Below are positions 48,420 through 61,110 of a stretch of 64,000 bases of DNA, piece by piece. The stretch is taken from the NCBI GenBank assembly GCA_051362555.1, contig CM120640.1, positions 70,596,788-70,660,787 of the forward strand. Reading direction: 5' to 3'. Below the pieces are notes generated by a model that was not told the DNA's origin, searched no databases, and saw only the letters and a program-made list of their open reading frames with translations. Position 1 is the stretch's first letter; every line of letters starts with the position of its first letter. A program made the translations under genes and the position numbers. The stretch comes from Lingula anatina. Lineage: Eukaryota; Animalia; Brachiopoda.

Positions 48420-51400
48420 AAATTAATCGTATACCAGTAGGTAGAACGCTCTAAAATTGTTGGTGCGTGAACGCTCCTTAACGCGCATGCGTACATTACG
48501 TGGACTTTAAAAAATCAAGAATACTCAACAGGTGCTGTCAAAAACTGAGCTCAGAGGTACACGTGATTTGAAAAATTATTAACACAAAACCGTCCAATTC
48601 AATTGTCATCCGAGCTGTGAAATATTTACATTTTCCTTTTTTAACTTTTGCCTTTTAATTATGTTCAAAATCCATAGTTGCAATTGCGGTTCAACAATCC
48701 AAGTCGTGTTTACACAAGAAAAATACAAATTAATCTGCTTTGCAAAGCTGTTTGATGAACGCGCGCGCCACGTCGCTCAGCATAGATTTTTTCTTTATAT
48801 CCACATTTCTCCCAGTTTTATGTTTAGTAAATACATTCCGTGTGAGGTATTGTTTGAATGTCTTTTTATCAGTGTTTTCGTCTCTCTAGTTTGATATGTT
48901 ACTTGCATTACCCCTTGCATGCCTTTAACTTCCCTACTGATTTATGTTTGTATCACTATCTTTGATGTTATGCAAAATGTCTTTATATTCGCTCTAAAAA
49001 TGACAGGTTAATATTGAGAATGTCCATTTATGGATAAAACGCCCGCCTTTCCGAAGAAAAACAATTTGTTTGCACCAAGAATATTGGTTTTATTATTGTG
49101 TTGTGTCAAACTGATACAGCGCCGCCCATATTTTTCGCTACAGTCACCTGGTCTTACCGCGGTGTAACCGTCCCCTTAAACGCGGTAAATCCTGTGGCGG
49201 TAGGCAATGGCAGTGCGATATCAAGCGTATCTTTGAGAGCATGTTGCGTGTTGTGGCGTGATTGCACCATCTCACCAATGGCTTTTTTTGTTTCTGTTAC
49301 AGACCTGATTCCAGACACTCCCACTGGATTGCATGTATGACATCTAACTCAACAGTCTACAACGTCCTTAACGTGTTTGGAGAGTGACGCGCGCATTCTA
49401 CTACTACTAACTCTAACGACGTTAACAATCCGAAGCCTGATCATTCACAATAGCTGAAACACAAGGACTCCAATCCTGAGAAGATAACTTTGAGGCTGAG
49501 CTTATTTGTGTCTGACGACTTTGACTTGGAGAGAATTTGTCTTTGGCCGCTACCTACTTGTGCATGTAGTTGTTCCTTGTTTATTGTGATGCACTTATAA
49601 CTGTATAGGGCCCAGTTGAGTCAACGTAATGTGACATTAACCCATCCTGGCCACGTCTAGATAACTGTTTATTGTGTATAACATAAAATATAGAAGTGTT
49701 TCAAACGTTAACTAATTCGACCTCGTATTATATGTTTGGGTAACTGAACTAACTTGTGATCTTACTGTGTACTACGTGATATGACGGTCCCTTTGGTCCT
49801 CTTGCAGGCTTTGAGAGAGTCAATTAAAAATCACAGCACCTTCACTGCTGGACATCAAAATAACGGACAAAATGACCTTAGGTCAACAGCTTTCTCAACA
49901 AATGCAAGAAACCTAAGTGGAAAACAATCGATCATTGATTTATATAGCTTTTTTGTGTGATTTAATCGACCCTAAGGCAAGTTGACGTATTGTCAACAAA
50001 GCATTCTACTGTGCAGTTACCGGCGGATTTGGTCAAAATATTATTAAAATTCTCTCAGTTTCAATTAATTTTACCAAATTTGATACGACTGATGATGACC
50101 CGCGGATGAATATTATTATCATTATTAGCTACTAACAATAGTGAAAAACGACTACCACATTTTATAGCATTAACTAAATTGCCCATGATATAATTATTTA
50201 ATGCCATTTGAAGTTTAATACTAAAATGTGCGTATTCCCACATAACACATACAATTGGTTACGTTGGCATCGCTGGGCCCCGCTGTGGTCTTACTTCTTT
50301 TGGAATGAAAAATAAGACGATTGACTGCTACCAGTTTTTGAAATGTTGGAATTAAGTGGATGACTGTGCTGAGAGTCAGGTGTAACAATTCGTCTATTAA
50401 TCCGAAGATGGTGAGACGTGGCGAATATCTAAGTGTAAAGTATATACATGTATATGGTCATATTTTTATTAAGCTCTTCCTAATACAGACATAGAAAACA
50501 AAAGGTCTAAAAGACGCTTTTACATAATTTTATATTTGAGTTTAAATTGTGATGACTTTATTCAGATACACATAAAACACTATTTGTAACATTTCTCATT
50601 TACCTAATGCAGTATCTGGATTCTCATGTCATTTATTTATTGATTTCTTATGAGTTTAAAAATAATAATGACAGGTCTGGGCTTTTAATATCGGTATCAA
50701 CTTCATATTGTACTGCCTTAACATTGGCGCACCAGGTCGACGCACAAGTAAAGGATTCTTTGCTAGAGTTTGTATTGTCTCGTTATTTCCTGTGATCCGA
50801 ATTCTCCTTTGTATAAAGCACTGTATATTGTCAAATCTATGTGAGAATAAATAACCAAAGATGAGATATATCTTTCAAATCATCATCACATTTGTATTGT
50901 CTTTGCCTTCTGAAAATACTACTTTATAACCCAATATAAGGTTGCTGCTTTATGCAGGTTACAAAATTTGCACTCAAACTACACGAACTGTACAAATGAT
51001 GGATGGCAGTGAATGAAGATTGTGTCAGTTGTGACAGCCAGCACAATTGGACACATCCTTTTTGTTCAGCGACAATTACTGTACTCATCTGCAGCACTTA
51101 ACAAAGACAAAATGCAAAAGTGGCGTGAATGTGGATGCACGGCAACTGTTACTAGAAGCATAAAATAGTGATATGTTTTAATCAATTAAAGCAAGGCAAC
51201 AGTCTCTATGATTATGAAGAGCTTTGATTCGCACTATTTATTTTCAAAGAGAATAGTAAAAAGTGCCTATATGTCTGTCATTTCATCATTAATATTTATA
51301 GAAAAAAATCAATGCACTGTGCACCACTGTCTACCAGATCATGGTGTTATATCCGCACTGCTGTTAGTATCATTACTTTTTAAGCTAAGTTTGCATAATT

Positions 51401-53242
51401 ATCGAACAATATTTAGGCGCGTAGGCAGGGGAGTTAGTGGGAGTCGAAAGAAGCGGTCATTTGACGAGAAAACGCTCCCTCAAAATAAAAAATAGCCTAG
51501 GTTCTATGTAAATTCTCAAATTGAGTCGTAACAAACATTACAAATCCTGACTGCAAGCTCTATACACGGTAAAGCATTTTTCCATCAATCCTATATCTGC
51601 CCTTAACTTCTAATGTAAAATATCCCCATACCATTGAAGCTTTGCTTCCAGTTTTCAATCTTTCAGTCTTGAAACTGCTCAGCAACTCTTTACATAATGT
51701 CGCACATTGTACCACGTGGGGGGGGGGGCGCTCTGATGACACCTACACATGTAGGCTACATGGCACAAAAATTTCAAGCAAAGAAAGGTGGGAAAAAAAG
51801 GATTTCACTCAATTTTTATCACCTTTTTTTTCAACGTAAATTATGACAAATCGTGGGGGTTTATCGTTCGGTCCAAGCTCCATGCCCCGCCGTGGTGTTG
51901 TTCTCGGTTGTGGTTCTCATTCGAGAGGCAAACGGGCACGAGAAGGGCGTGGCGGTGTGTTTTGACTAATAAATAAATGGGTTGTGGACCATAGGTTACA
52001 TAAAGCCGTCAACTCAACACGACAGGCAGCGACCTTGTACTGAAATGTACGTCAATAACATGAGTATCTGGAACACATTCACTTCAAAGCAATACTGCTT
52101 TAATTGAATTTTTTGTATATTGCGTGAAGTTCATGAGCAACGTGCGAGAAGGTGTTACTACCTCGGTGCGTAAGTAAAAGTAGAAAATACGCTTTGGTGC
52201 CATTTTTGGGTTGAATTAAAATAAAAAAGCTGCATGTTTTAAAGTAGTTTAAGAATGATTTTAGAGCTTCTATTTAGGTCTTCTGCTGTAGCAGCACCAC
52301 CTCGGATTTGCAAATTAAACGACACCTATTCGCTTTCAAAATCTTGAGTAGACTTAACTTTGGAAATCATTTGGTATATTTTTGATACACGTTGTTACAT
52401 ATGCCCACAAACGTAAACTCTACGCGTATAACTAAGATTGTAAGACGTAAGACTGTAAAAATTAATACTTACGTCCATATTGCACTTGCGTTTTATGCTT
52501 GTCAAAAACACTTCATTTAAATTGTTGTTCGTCAACAACAAGTCCGTTGAAGCTCTAAAAGAGAGCTCAAGCGAAATATTGTATGTAATATGCATATTCC
52601 AATAAATCATTTTACCGTTGTGAATTAATAAAATGATACGGATGTCCTTGTTTGTATTTATTCAAATATAACGAAACTACTCCTTCCATGTAAGTTGCCA
52701 TTTTATGCTCAAATCAATCCCACAGTAAAATGCATTTCGGCAAACTGTGACATAGATTTGCCGGTCACTATTTAGGACTGCCAAGCGGATGGGTGTCGGG
52801 GGGGGGGGGGGGGGGGTTAAAAGACTTCATAGCAAAAAACCTTATCAAATTCCCATTACAAAAGCTCTACAGGACAGGAAATTACTGATACGGTGGCTAC
52901 ACCTCACAATATCAGTAAACAAGTAAAGCAACTACATACTGGTATGAAAGAGCAAGTCAATCTAGCCAATATCTGAATTCTAGGTGAAATACTGAATTTC
53001 TTTCCTGAATGGTTGGGCAGTGTTTGCTTTCGAACAGTGGTTTTTAATCAGAGCCAGGCCTCCCAAACAGGTACGTCACAATATGTGCCAAATCGCTAAG
53101 TGAAGCACTACTTGTTGGCTTTCTCGCCCACTGCAAATAGCATCCCGACCAGATAAATTGCATGGGTTGTGTGACACGGTCTGATGTGATAGGAAGACAT
53201 CCACACCTTGAGATTGTGTGACATTTTTTATGGTTATGCCGC

Positions 53243-53316
<74 letters not shown>

Positions 53317-53981
53317 CGACGTACATGTAACTGTTTGGGAGGTCTAAAGATGGTCCCAAGAATTTCGAGGTCCTTCGATAATCACTTCCTTATGTAAACA
53401 TTTAGACACTGACATTTCAATACAAGGTTAATGATGAGTTCATATTCAAGGGAGTCATTTACCCCGAGTTGACTTTGGTTTACCTATGTATTATTATTAT
53501 TATTAATGTTTTGGTCCGTTTTGCCAGTGCACGTAAAGTTCAGTTAATTTCGAATGCATCTTTCAATCACGAGTTAATTGTTTTGGTAATATTATGATCA
53601 TTACCATACAACTCTGAAAACTCATTTAGGACCAGTGATTCCAATAAACTGTGGAAAATCATATGTGAGAGTAAATTACAACGTTATTTGACCGGTGATA
53701 ATGACCATGGTAATGACACTCTACGCTCACCAATTAACGGACGCTGTCCATAGTATTACCCTACGTCAAAAATCAACCATCATTTCTGGAAACAATCAAC
53801 GCGTTGCGTTTACTTATTACAAACGCACTAATAAACACAGGTATTATTGCCGGGCTTTTTGTCTCCTTTTATTGGAGTACGCAATTCATCGTGTCGTTGC
53901 TGAAAACAGCAGATAGTGTTTATTATTAATTGTCATCGCTGGAGTTGCGTTCTAGACGTATCCTAGGACACCGGATCCTAG

Positions 53982-54145
53982 TATATAAATCCTCTGCCAC
54001 AGCACCTCTGGAGAGAGGCTTTATAGAGAAAATGGTGAACTATTATCTTACAATTTTCATCTGACGACTACAATCGTTACTGGGAGCGGAGTGACAATTT
54101 ACTATACTATACTGTTTACTATACTATAAAGATCTGTTCACCCTG
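53982..54145 (+). promoter_or_regulatory. TATA box and non-coding first exon of sGC copy 2
   Basis: TATATAAA at 53982-53989; donor CTG|GTAAGT at 54145/54146; acceptor ttgcag| at 54278, 17 nt before the ATG at 54296. Confidence 0.6.
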
Positions 54146-54295
54146 GTAAGTATTACTTTTGGTTTAAGAAAATAGGTAGGATAAAATGTAAGTTCTTTTT
54201 TGATGAATAACCAATTTTTCAGTTGGTATATTCAGCTACGCCTCAATGCGAACGTACGTCCTATCACTCATATTGCAGGGCAAGACAACGCTAAC

Positions 54296-57200
54296 ATGTA
54301 TGGCCTACTCCTAGAAAATATATTCGACTACTTGAAACAAACATATGGCAACAACGTTGCCGATGAAATACGAAAACGAGCAAATATTAGCCAGAGTAAT
54401 TTTGTCACCCACCAAGTCTACAGTGAGACCTTGATTCCCCGAGTGCGAGACGCTACCTACGCCATTACTGGAACCCCCAAAGATGAGTTGATGGAGCAGT
54501 TAGGAGTGGCATTTGTACACTATGTTCGGCAACATGGCTACGAACGAGTTCTCAAGGTATTCGGCCGTCAAATGAGAGATTTCATCAATGGTTTGGACAA
54601 TCTTCACGAATATTTACGCTTCAGTTATCCTAAACTTAAACCCCCTTCCTTCGTCTGTCAAAACGAAACCAAAGAAGGACTAACTCTCTATTATCGAACT
54701 AAGAGGAAAGGGTTTTTATATTACGTTAAAGGTCAAATCAGAGCCGTTGGAAATCTCTTTTACAACACTGACGTTGACATTGAGGTAATAAGTCACACTG
54801 AAACAGAGGATTTAACCCAAGTTGTATTCCAACTCAAGTTTGACAATAGCAGTTTCGAGGACTCCGGCACGCAGATAACAGCAGAAAAGACCTACCTGCC
54901 GGTCAACTCGAAAATCTTCTTCAATGCATTCCCGTTCCATCTTGTATTTAATCGGGATATGCTGATTAGGAGTGCAGGTAAAATTCTAGAGCAAGTTTTA
55001 GAGAAGCTGGAAGGAAAGCAAATTGACACAGAATTCAGCATGTTGCGCCCTCTGTTAGAATTTACCTGGAAAAACGTAAGTTTCCATGTTTTACTAGAAA
55101 AGTTAAAATTATAAATTACAACAGCTGCGTATAAACGAAATATTCTGAAACGTTGATCGTTGTCAATTTACAATTTAAAGTGTGTTCTGAGTGTCTCTCT
55201 TTATGTAAACCTGCAAATATTTCTCTGTTATTGTCAATAATGTTGGTTCGTATCGTGATACCAAATACATGAAACTTAGACGCATGAACGACAAATTAGA
55301 GGGAACATGAGAAAAGGCACAATGGCAACCAATGTCAGTTGACAGCGTGTCTTTCAGGTTATGTCTCACACCAATAACGTGTTCACACTACAATCCGTCA
55401 ATGAGACCATGGCACTGAAGAAGGGCGGAACAGACTATGAAGGTGATTAGTCTACAGCAATACTAAAGCCCCTTTTACACTGGACTGTGTCCTTTCTGCG
55501 ACCACAGCGATGCCAGTTTCATGGTCGCAAAAAAGACGCAAAAAGGAGGACGTCCAGTGTAAAGGGGGTTTAACTCAGTTATAATTACATGGCGTTGTTT
55601 TCATTGGGTTGTAGCGTGGTATCAGTTATGTAGATCACATGATACCTTCTATAGCATAACACCGTTCCTTTGCCAAATAAAATCAACCAGTAATATTTAT
55701 GAACTATCTGTTCCAATATCATATATATCCCTTATTAAAATCCTTTTTTTTAATTTCTTTCCGTTGTTTTATTTCATTTTATTTCATTTTCTACTTATTT
55801 TGTTAATGGAAATTCTATTATACTGGAAAATTGTGGTATCTGCTTCACGTATATTTTCATTTTTTTTCCAAGCTATTTCACTATTTTTATCTCACTGCTT
55901 CGATGTGTTTTCCAGTCTGTCCCGTTTCCCATCGTCCCACCTACCTGCGTCTGAAGGGACAGATGATGTACGTGGAGGAATGGGACTCCATCTTATTTCT
56001 GGGAACACCAATGTAAGGTTTTCTTAAATGAAAAATTTTAAATCCTTCTGTGATACCATTTCATTCACGTTCCTCCTTTTATGCACCTACCTAGAATATC
56101 TAAACATTATCAACCCTTTTTCGTTTTTTTTTTTTTTTCATCCAAACTACCTACATGTACCTATTCTATTTATTATATACATGTATTACATCTTAAAGAT
56201 TTATCTTGAAGGGTGCCAAGACTATAAAATAACAATTTCACCGATTTTATTGAATCATTCTATTATTGTCGTATAAATCAGCATGGAGAATCTTGACGTC
56301 ATGTTCCGGGCCGGTCTCTATATCAACGATCTTAGTATGCACGACTCCAGCAGAGATTTGGTGTTAGCTGGAACACAACAGTCTGCAGAACTCAAACTAG
56401 CCTTGGACCAAGTAAGACATTTATCAGAAATACATTTGAGGCTTATTTAAAGGTACATACGAACCGAGCATCGGTGGAGCGTGGATTCCCAGTAACACAT
56501 GTAAACCACCTCTACTAGATTCTTATATGACTCAAATAAATTTTACATGCCAAGGGATAAACTGAATAGATCACTCGATCAGCCATAAAAGACCTTTAGA
56601 CTGCTCCTTTCTTTAAATTTATGGTTGTAAATTTAACCTACATTCGTGACCTACTTTCCTGCCCCATTGACATACAGCTTAGAATGCCAGCAGAAAAATC
56701 TGTTCAAACATCATTTTCGGGTAAAATTAAACAATGCCTTTTGGTAATTCTCTTAGTTATACTACTTGAAACTATATGCTGGCATTTGGTTGGTTTTTGT
56801 GACAAAAAATTGACTTTGTATGTATCTTTAAGGTTTAAAAATAATAGTGATATGTGCTTTATAATGCGTTCATCAGATCAACCAACATTAGAGCCATAAA
56901 CAGAAAAATAACAAAATTCGACGATTAAGTAGCAGATTGCATAAGTCAATATAAACGAGGAATGTGGAGATAGTAAAGTAAATCATAGAAAAATATCGTT
57001 TTTTCAGGAACAGTCAAAAAACAAAAACCTGGAGGAGACGATGAAGAAGTTGGATGCAGAAATGAAGAGAACAGATTCGTTGCTGTACCAAATGATCCCA
57101 AAGACTGTTGCTGATCGTCTGCGTAAAGGAGAGCCTGCCGTTAACACCTGCCAGGTAAATGAAATATTTTTTAATCCGTGTAAATATTGTTTAAAGTAAT

Positions 57201-59760
57201 ACATTGTCATGATTTAAAAGTTTATGGTCAAATTTTTTCTGACACATGAACGACAATTTCGATAGTTTAAAGACAAAATTTTTATTCAAATGTATAATAT
57301 GGCTAATTTATATTTCATTGGGTTTTATTTAGCTTTTCATCAGTTTTTATTTTTGAATATTTTTTGAAGATTAAAATCTTTGTGGTTTTGAATTTTTTAA
57401 AAATGTAACGATATTTGTAGACAGCGTTGTACCACGGTTAAGAAACAATTAGATAGATACATTTATTTCCATAATATACAAAATATGACAAATACATATA
57501 GAAATTTCGGGCAAAACAGAATGAACATTCATGGATTTAACCAAAAAAAATAAAAATACTGCTTCTTGGTGTAACTTTATACACTTAAAGCACTCTCCTG
57601 TCAAAAGACAATAGGTCGCGCCGTGCTTTATTTCGTGTAAAGTCACGTCATCCACGAATGCGTTCCACGCACCAATGCACAGTGTTAATTACTCGTGCTT
57701 TAAGCCAGATAAAGCACTCGGCGCTGAGCTTTACGAGAAATAGAGCAGATAATTATCTCGGCTTCGCCTCGCCATTTATCTGCTCTATTTCTCGTAAAGC
57801 TCAGCACCTCGTACTTTATCTATACCTTAGAGGTACCTTGCACTTATAAACTATTAAAACATTTGCAAGGTTTCCTCAGTGAACCTGTGGAAATTGATTT
57901 CTAATTGAAGCTGTTTTTGCACATAAACAAACCACGTGCTTTTCAGTCTGTATATCCTCACATTTACAAAAACGGTTCTCCATGCAAATCGTTGCCCACC
58001 TCCTTTTTGTCTCTTTCCAAATTATGCGCGGAGAGTCTAAGCCTTGTTGCTAACCGGTCATATTCTGGCACTGTGCTATTGTAAATATCATGTACAAATA
58101 CATGTAGCTCTGGGTTTATATAATTGTACAATCTAAATTTACTACCCTCTGCTGTACCTTAAATCTTAAATATTATTAGCATTTTATTATATATTCCTTG
58201 CACTTAAGTCTTGTGCGTGCATTTTCCTTTATGTTTTTTCAGAGTTTTGAAAGTGTCACCGTGTTGTTCAGCGATGTTGTAGGGTTCACTACTATCTGCA
58301 GTCAAATATCTCCCATGCAAGTGGTGGGCATGCTGAACGTGATCTACACAATATTTGACCAACTCAGTGAGAAGAACCAGGTCTATAAGGTACAGAACTG
58401 GGATGTTTTTCTCCTGTATATTAAAATTTATGAAAGTTCAAAAAACTATCCAGATTTAGTGGTATTTACAGGAACGCTCGTTTCAGTCTGAACATATGAA
58501 CCACGTGACTGTTCTATTTGCCAGGTGGAGACGATAGGGGACGCTTACATGGTCGTGGCGGGAGCACCTATCAAAACCAAATACCACGCGCATCACATCT
58601 GTAACATGGCGTTTGACATGTTAGACGCCACGCTAAACCTGGAAAATCCTTCATCTGAAGGAAACATGGCCATACGTATAGGTAAGTTACACACTCTGTC
58701 TGTTTATTAATTATATATTATTCTGGTGATATTGATTATTGTTTGACATTATGGAGAGGATGAAATAGCGCGATAATTGGAATGAAATGTTTAATGAAAT
58801 GAGAGACTTGTTGACTTCCAGAAGTTGTTTTCATCATTTCAATATGGTGCAGTAAAGTGCCTCTGTATAAAAAATCAATTTAACTGTTAATGTTTAATTA
58901 TTTAATTCCAGTAATTCTCCTTTGTCGTGGTAGTATGAAGAGCCGTCAACTATCATGTATAGATAATAATGTATAGATGAATGGGGTTGTCTTTTTAGAA
59001 ATGTGTTTTTCACAAAATGTTAACTTTATTAATAGAACAGTCGCCTTATTTCATCATGGCACTCAAGCAAGGGAGAGTGCCAACCTTTCTGCGGCTGGTC
59101 TGTTGAATTTATTAGTATACTCGTATGTAACCTTCTTGTTATTGCAGTAGTGCATATTTATTTTCGCTGATGAACAAATCAATACAGGGCGTACACGCAT
59201 GGAAATAGGTATCTGCCGTCTAGATCGTTCTTTGTTGTTATATTGGTATGGATGTACTCTTTCTAGCTTTGCAAGTCAAATAATGAAGAAATGAGCTTAA
59301 TAACTAAACTTTATAGTGTGTGTGTGTGTGTGTGTGTGCGCGTGCGTGCGTGTGTGAGAGAGAGTGTGTGTGTGTGTGTGTGAGTGTGTGTGTGTGTGTG
59401 TTACACGTTCTCTCTATACACCATGTATATCTGTCTTATTTAAGGCGTTCACTCGGGTGCAGTGGTAGCAGGTGTGGTAGGGATGAAGATGCCGAGGTAC
59501 TGTTTGTTTGGGGACACGGTGAACACAGCCTCTAGGATGGAGACCACGGGAGAGGTACGCCATGACAGTGGGGGGCTTAATTTAAAAAAGGTTATATAAT
59601 TGTATAAGATAAGACACTTTTAGGTGTAAGCCCAAAAAAATTTTCATGATAAAACCACACTTTGAGGTGATGCTATTACACGTATTCACTGCAATACCAT
59701 CAATGATATGCTCTTTTCAGTGTGATTATCTATGTTGCACATTACCAGCAACTCTGTATA

Positions 59761-59822
<62 letters not shown>

Positions 59823-60500
59823 GCCTTGACTTGATAATCTCCTTCCACAGGCAATGAAAGTACACGTCAGCGAAACAACAAAGCAGCTCATTGACAGCGG
59901 AGAGGGCTACGTGCTGCATGAGCGAAAAACGCTTCAAGTTAAGGTACCCGTAGCGCCTACTACTTTTAAACCCCCTCTCCCCTCAAGTCTTGCTGAAAAA
60001 TGTGTAAAAAAACATCCAAGATTAACGTGGTACAAAACAGCAGTGGGGACTTGTCTGAATAAGAAAGGGATTTTTTATTAGAAATAAAAAGCAGGTGATG
60101 TTTGTAAATCAATTTTATAAAAAATCGATGGAAATTCTATTCTGAACGACCGAAATTTAACTGAATCGCTGCGTTTATTGGGGCAATGATGTTATGATTG
60201 GATCGAAAGTATTTTTAAAACATGATTACATGTTTTTGGATGGTAACTTTTCTTACACTCTTTCTCCTCTGCATTATTCCATGAAATAAATAAGAAGACA
60301 ATATGATCTTATCATTTCAACAGTTTCACCTTTTAATTTGTTTCTCATAATTTTGATGTTTCAGTAGCTTAATGTATTTATATTTTAGACATACTTAAGT
60401 TAATATCTTAATATACTGTTTGTTTTATGTGTAGCTTATTAAAATGTTATCATCATCATCATCATCATCATCAACATCATCATAATCATCATCATCATCA

Positions 60501-60553
<53 letters not shown>

Positions 60554-61110
60554 GGATAGATAACCGATATTGGTAATATATCACAAGTTACTATACAGGT
60601 AGACAAGGCCAAGTGTTGTATTTTGTCCTGAAACTTGATGAACGTCACGTCTTAACATTTTCTCAGGGCAAAGGCCTTATGAAGACTTACTGGTTAGCGG
60701 GAATTCCGGGCCGGGATCCCACCAAATACGCCAAACTGGCGTACAAAGCTGCTCTGTGTCCGAAGACAGAAGATAGTCTGGCAGAGGAACCGTTTGAAGA
60801 GAGAACAGAAGTGTTTTCTCTACTCGGAGAGGTCGACCAGACAGATGTAGTTTCGTTAGTCTGTAGTTATAGCGCCTCCCATGCCAGTTTTACAGGCGAG
60901 GATCTGCATGCCAGCAGAATGAATGATTTCGGTAAAAGACGCGGAAAAGAGAAAGAAGTTAATGATCTCAACATTTCGATGAATGATATAAATAGAGACA
61001 AGTTTAGATCGAAAGTCATTTTACATGTCGATCACAATGATACTGAAGATGAAAACACACGAGAGAACGTGTTGCCTGTCGGCAGGAGCAAATTGTGTTT
61101 TATTTTATGA
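54296..61110 (+). CDS. Gyc88E: Atypical soluble guanylate cyclase, Gyc88E-like, copy 2 (tandem paralog); about 729 aa
   Basis: Exons 54296-55075, 55358-55442, 55916-56012, 56282-56411, 57008-57154, 58243-58389, 58525-58681, 59445-59554, 59851-59943 and 60667-61110, with the same intron positions and phases as copy 1. His104 and Tyr143 kept, YRTKR in place of YRSKR, cyclase motifs intact, ends in CFIL. Confidence 0.92.
55467..55570. mobile_element. 104-bp MITE, PIF/Harbinger-like
   Basis: TAA|AGCCCCTTTTACACTGGAC ... GTCCAGTGTAAAGGGGGTT|TAA: 19-bp TIRs with 2 mismatches and a 3-bp TAA TSD. Confidence 0.75.
57707..57821. repeat. Long inverted repeat (hairpin), probably transposon-derived
   Basis: GCTGAGCTTTACGAGAAATAGAGCAGATAA pairs perfectly with TTATCTGCTCTATTTCTCGTAAAGCTCAGC. 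The outer AGATAAAG/CTTTATCT also pair; the loop contains GGCTTCGCC. Confidence 0.85.
60448..60553. repeat. Compound (CAT)n(TAT)n microsatellite
   Basis: Direct reading of the sequence. Confidence 0.96.

Noticed and set aside
40282-48496. Minus-strand ORFs overlapping cyclase exons
   Set aside because: They are antisense shadows of coding exons with no independent motifs.
54200-54295. N-terminal extension of sGC copy 2 given by the ORF track
   Set aside because: H-NOX proteins start at MYG. The extension runs across an intron acceptor (54278) and begins at a non-ATG codon.
11-60648. Low-complexity ORFs (SLSL, YIYI, CVCV, poly-I/M, poly-K)
   Set aside because: They are translations of microsatellites and homopolymer runs.
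39898-61110. The two cyclases as an uncollapsed haplotype duplicate, or copy 2 as a pseudogene
   Set aside because: The H-NOX exon, tails and most introns are far too diverged for alleles. Copy 2 has intact frames, splice sites, catalytic residues and CaaX motif.
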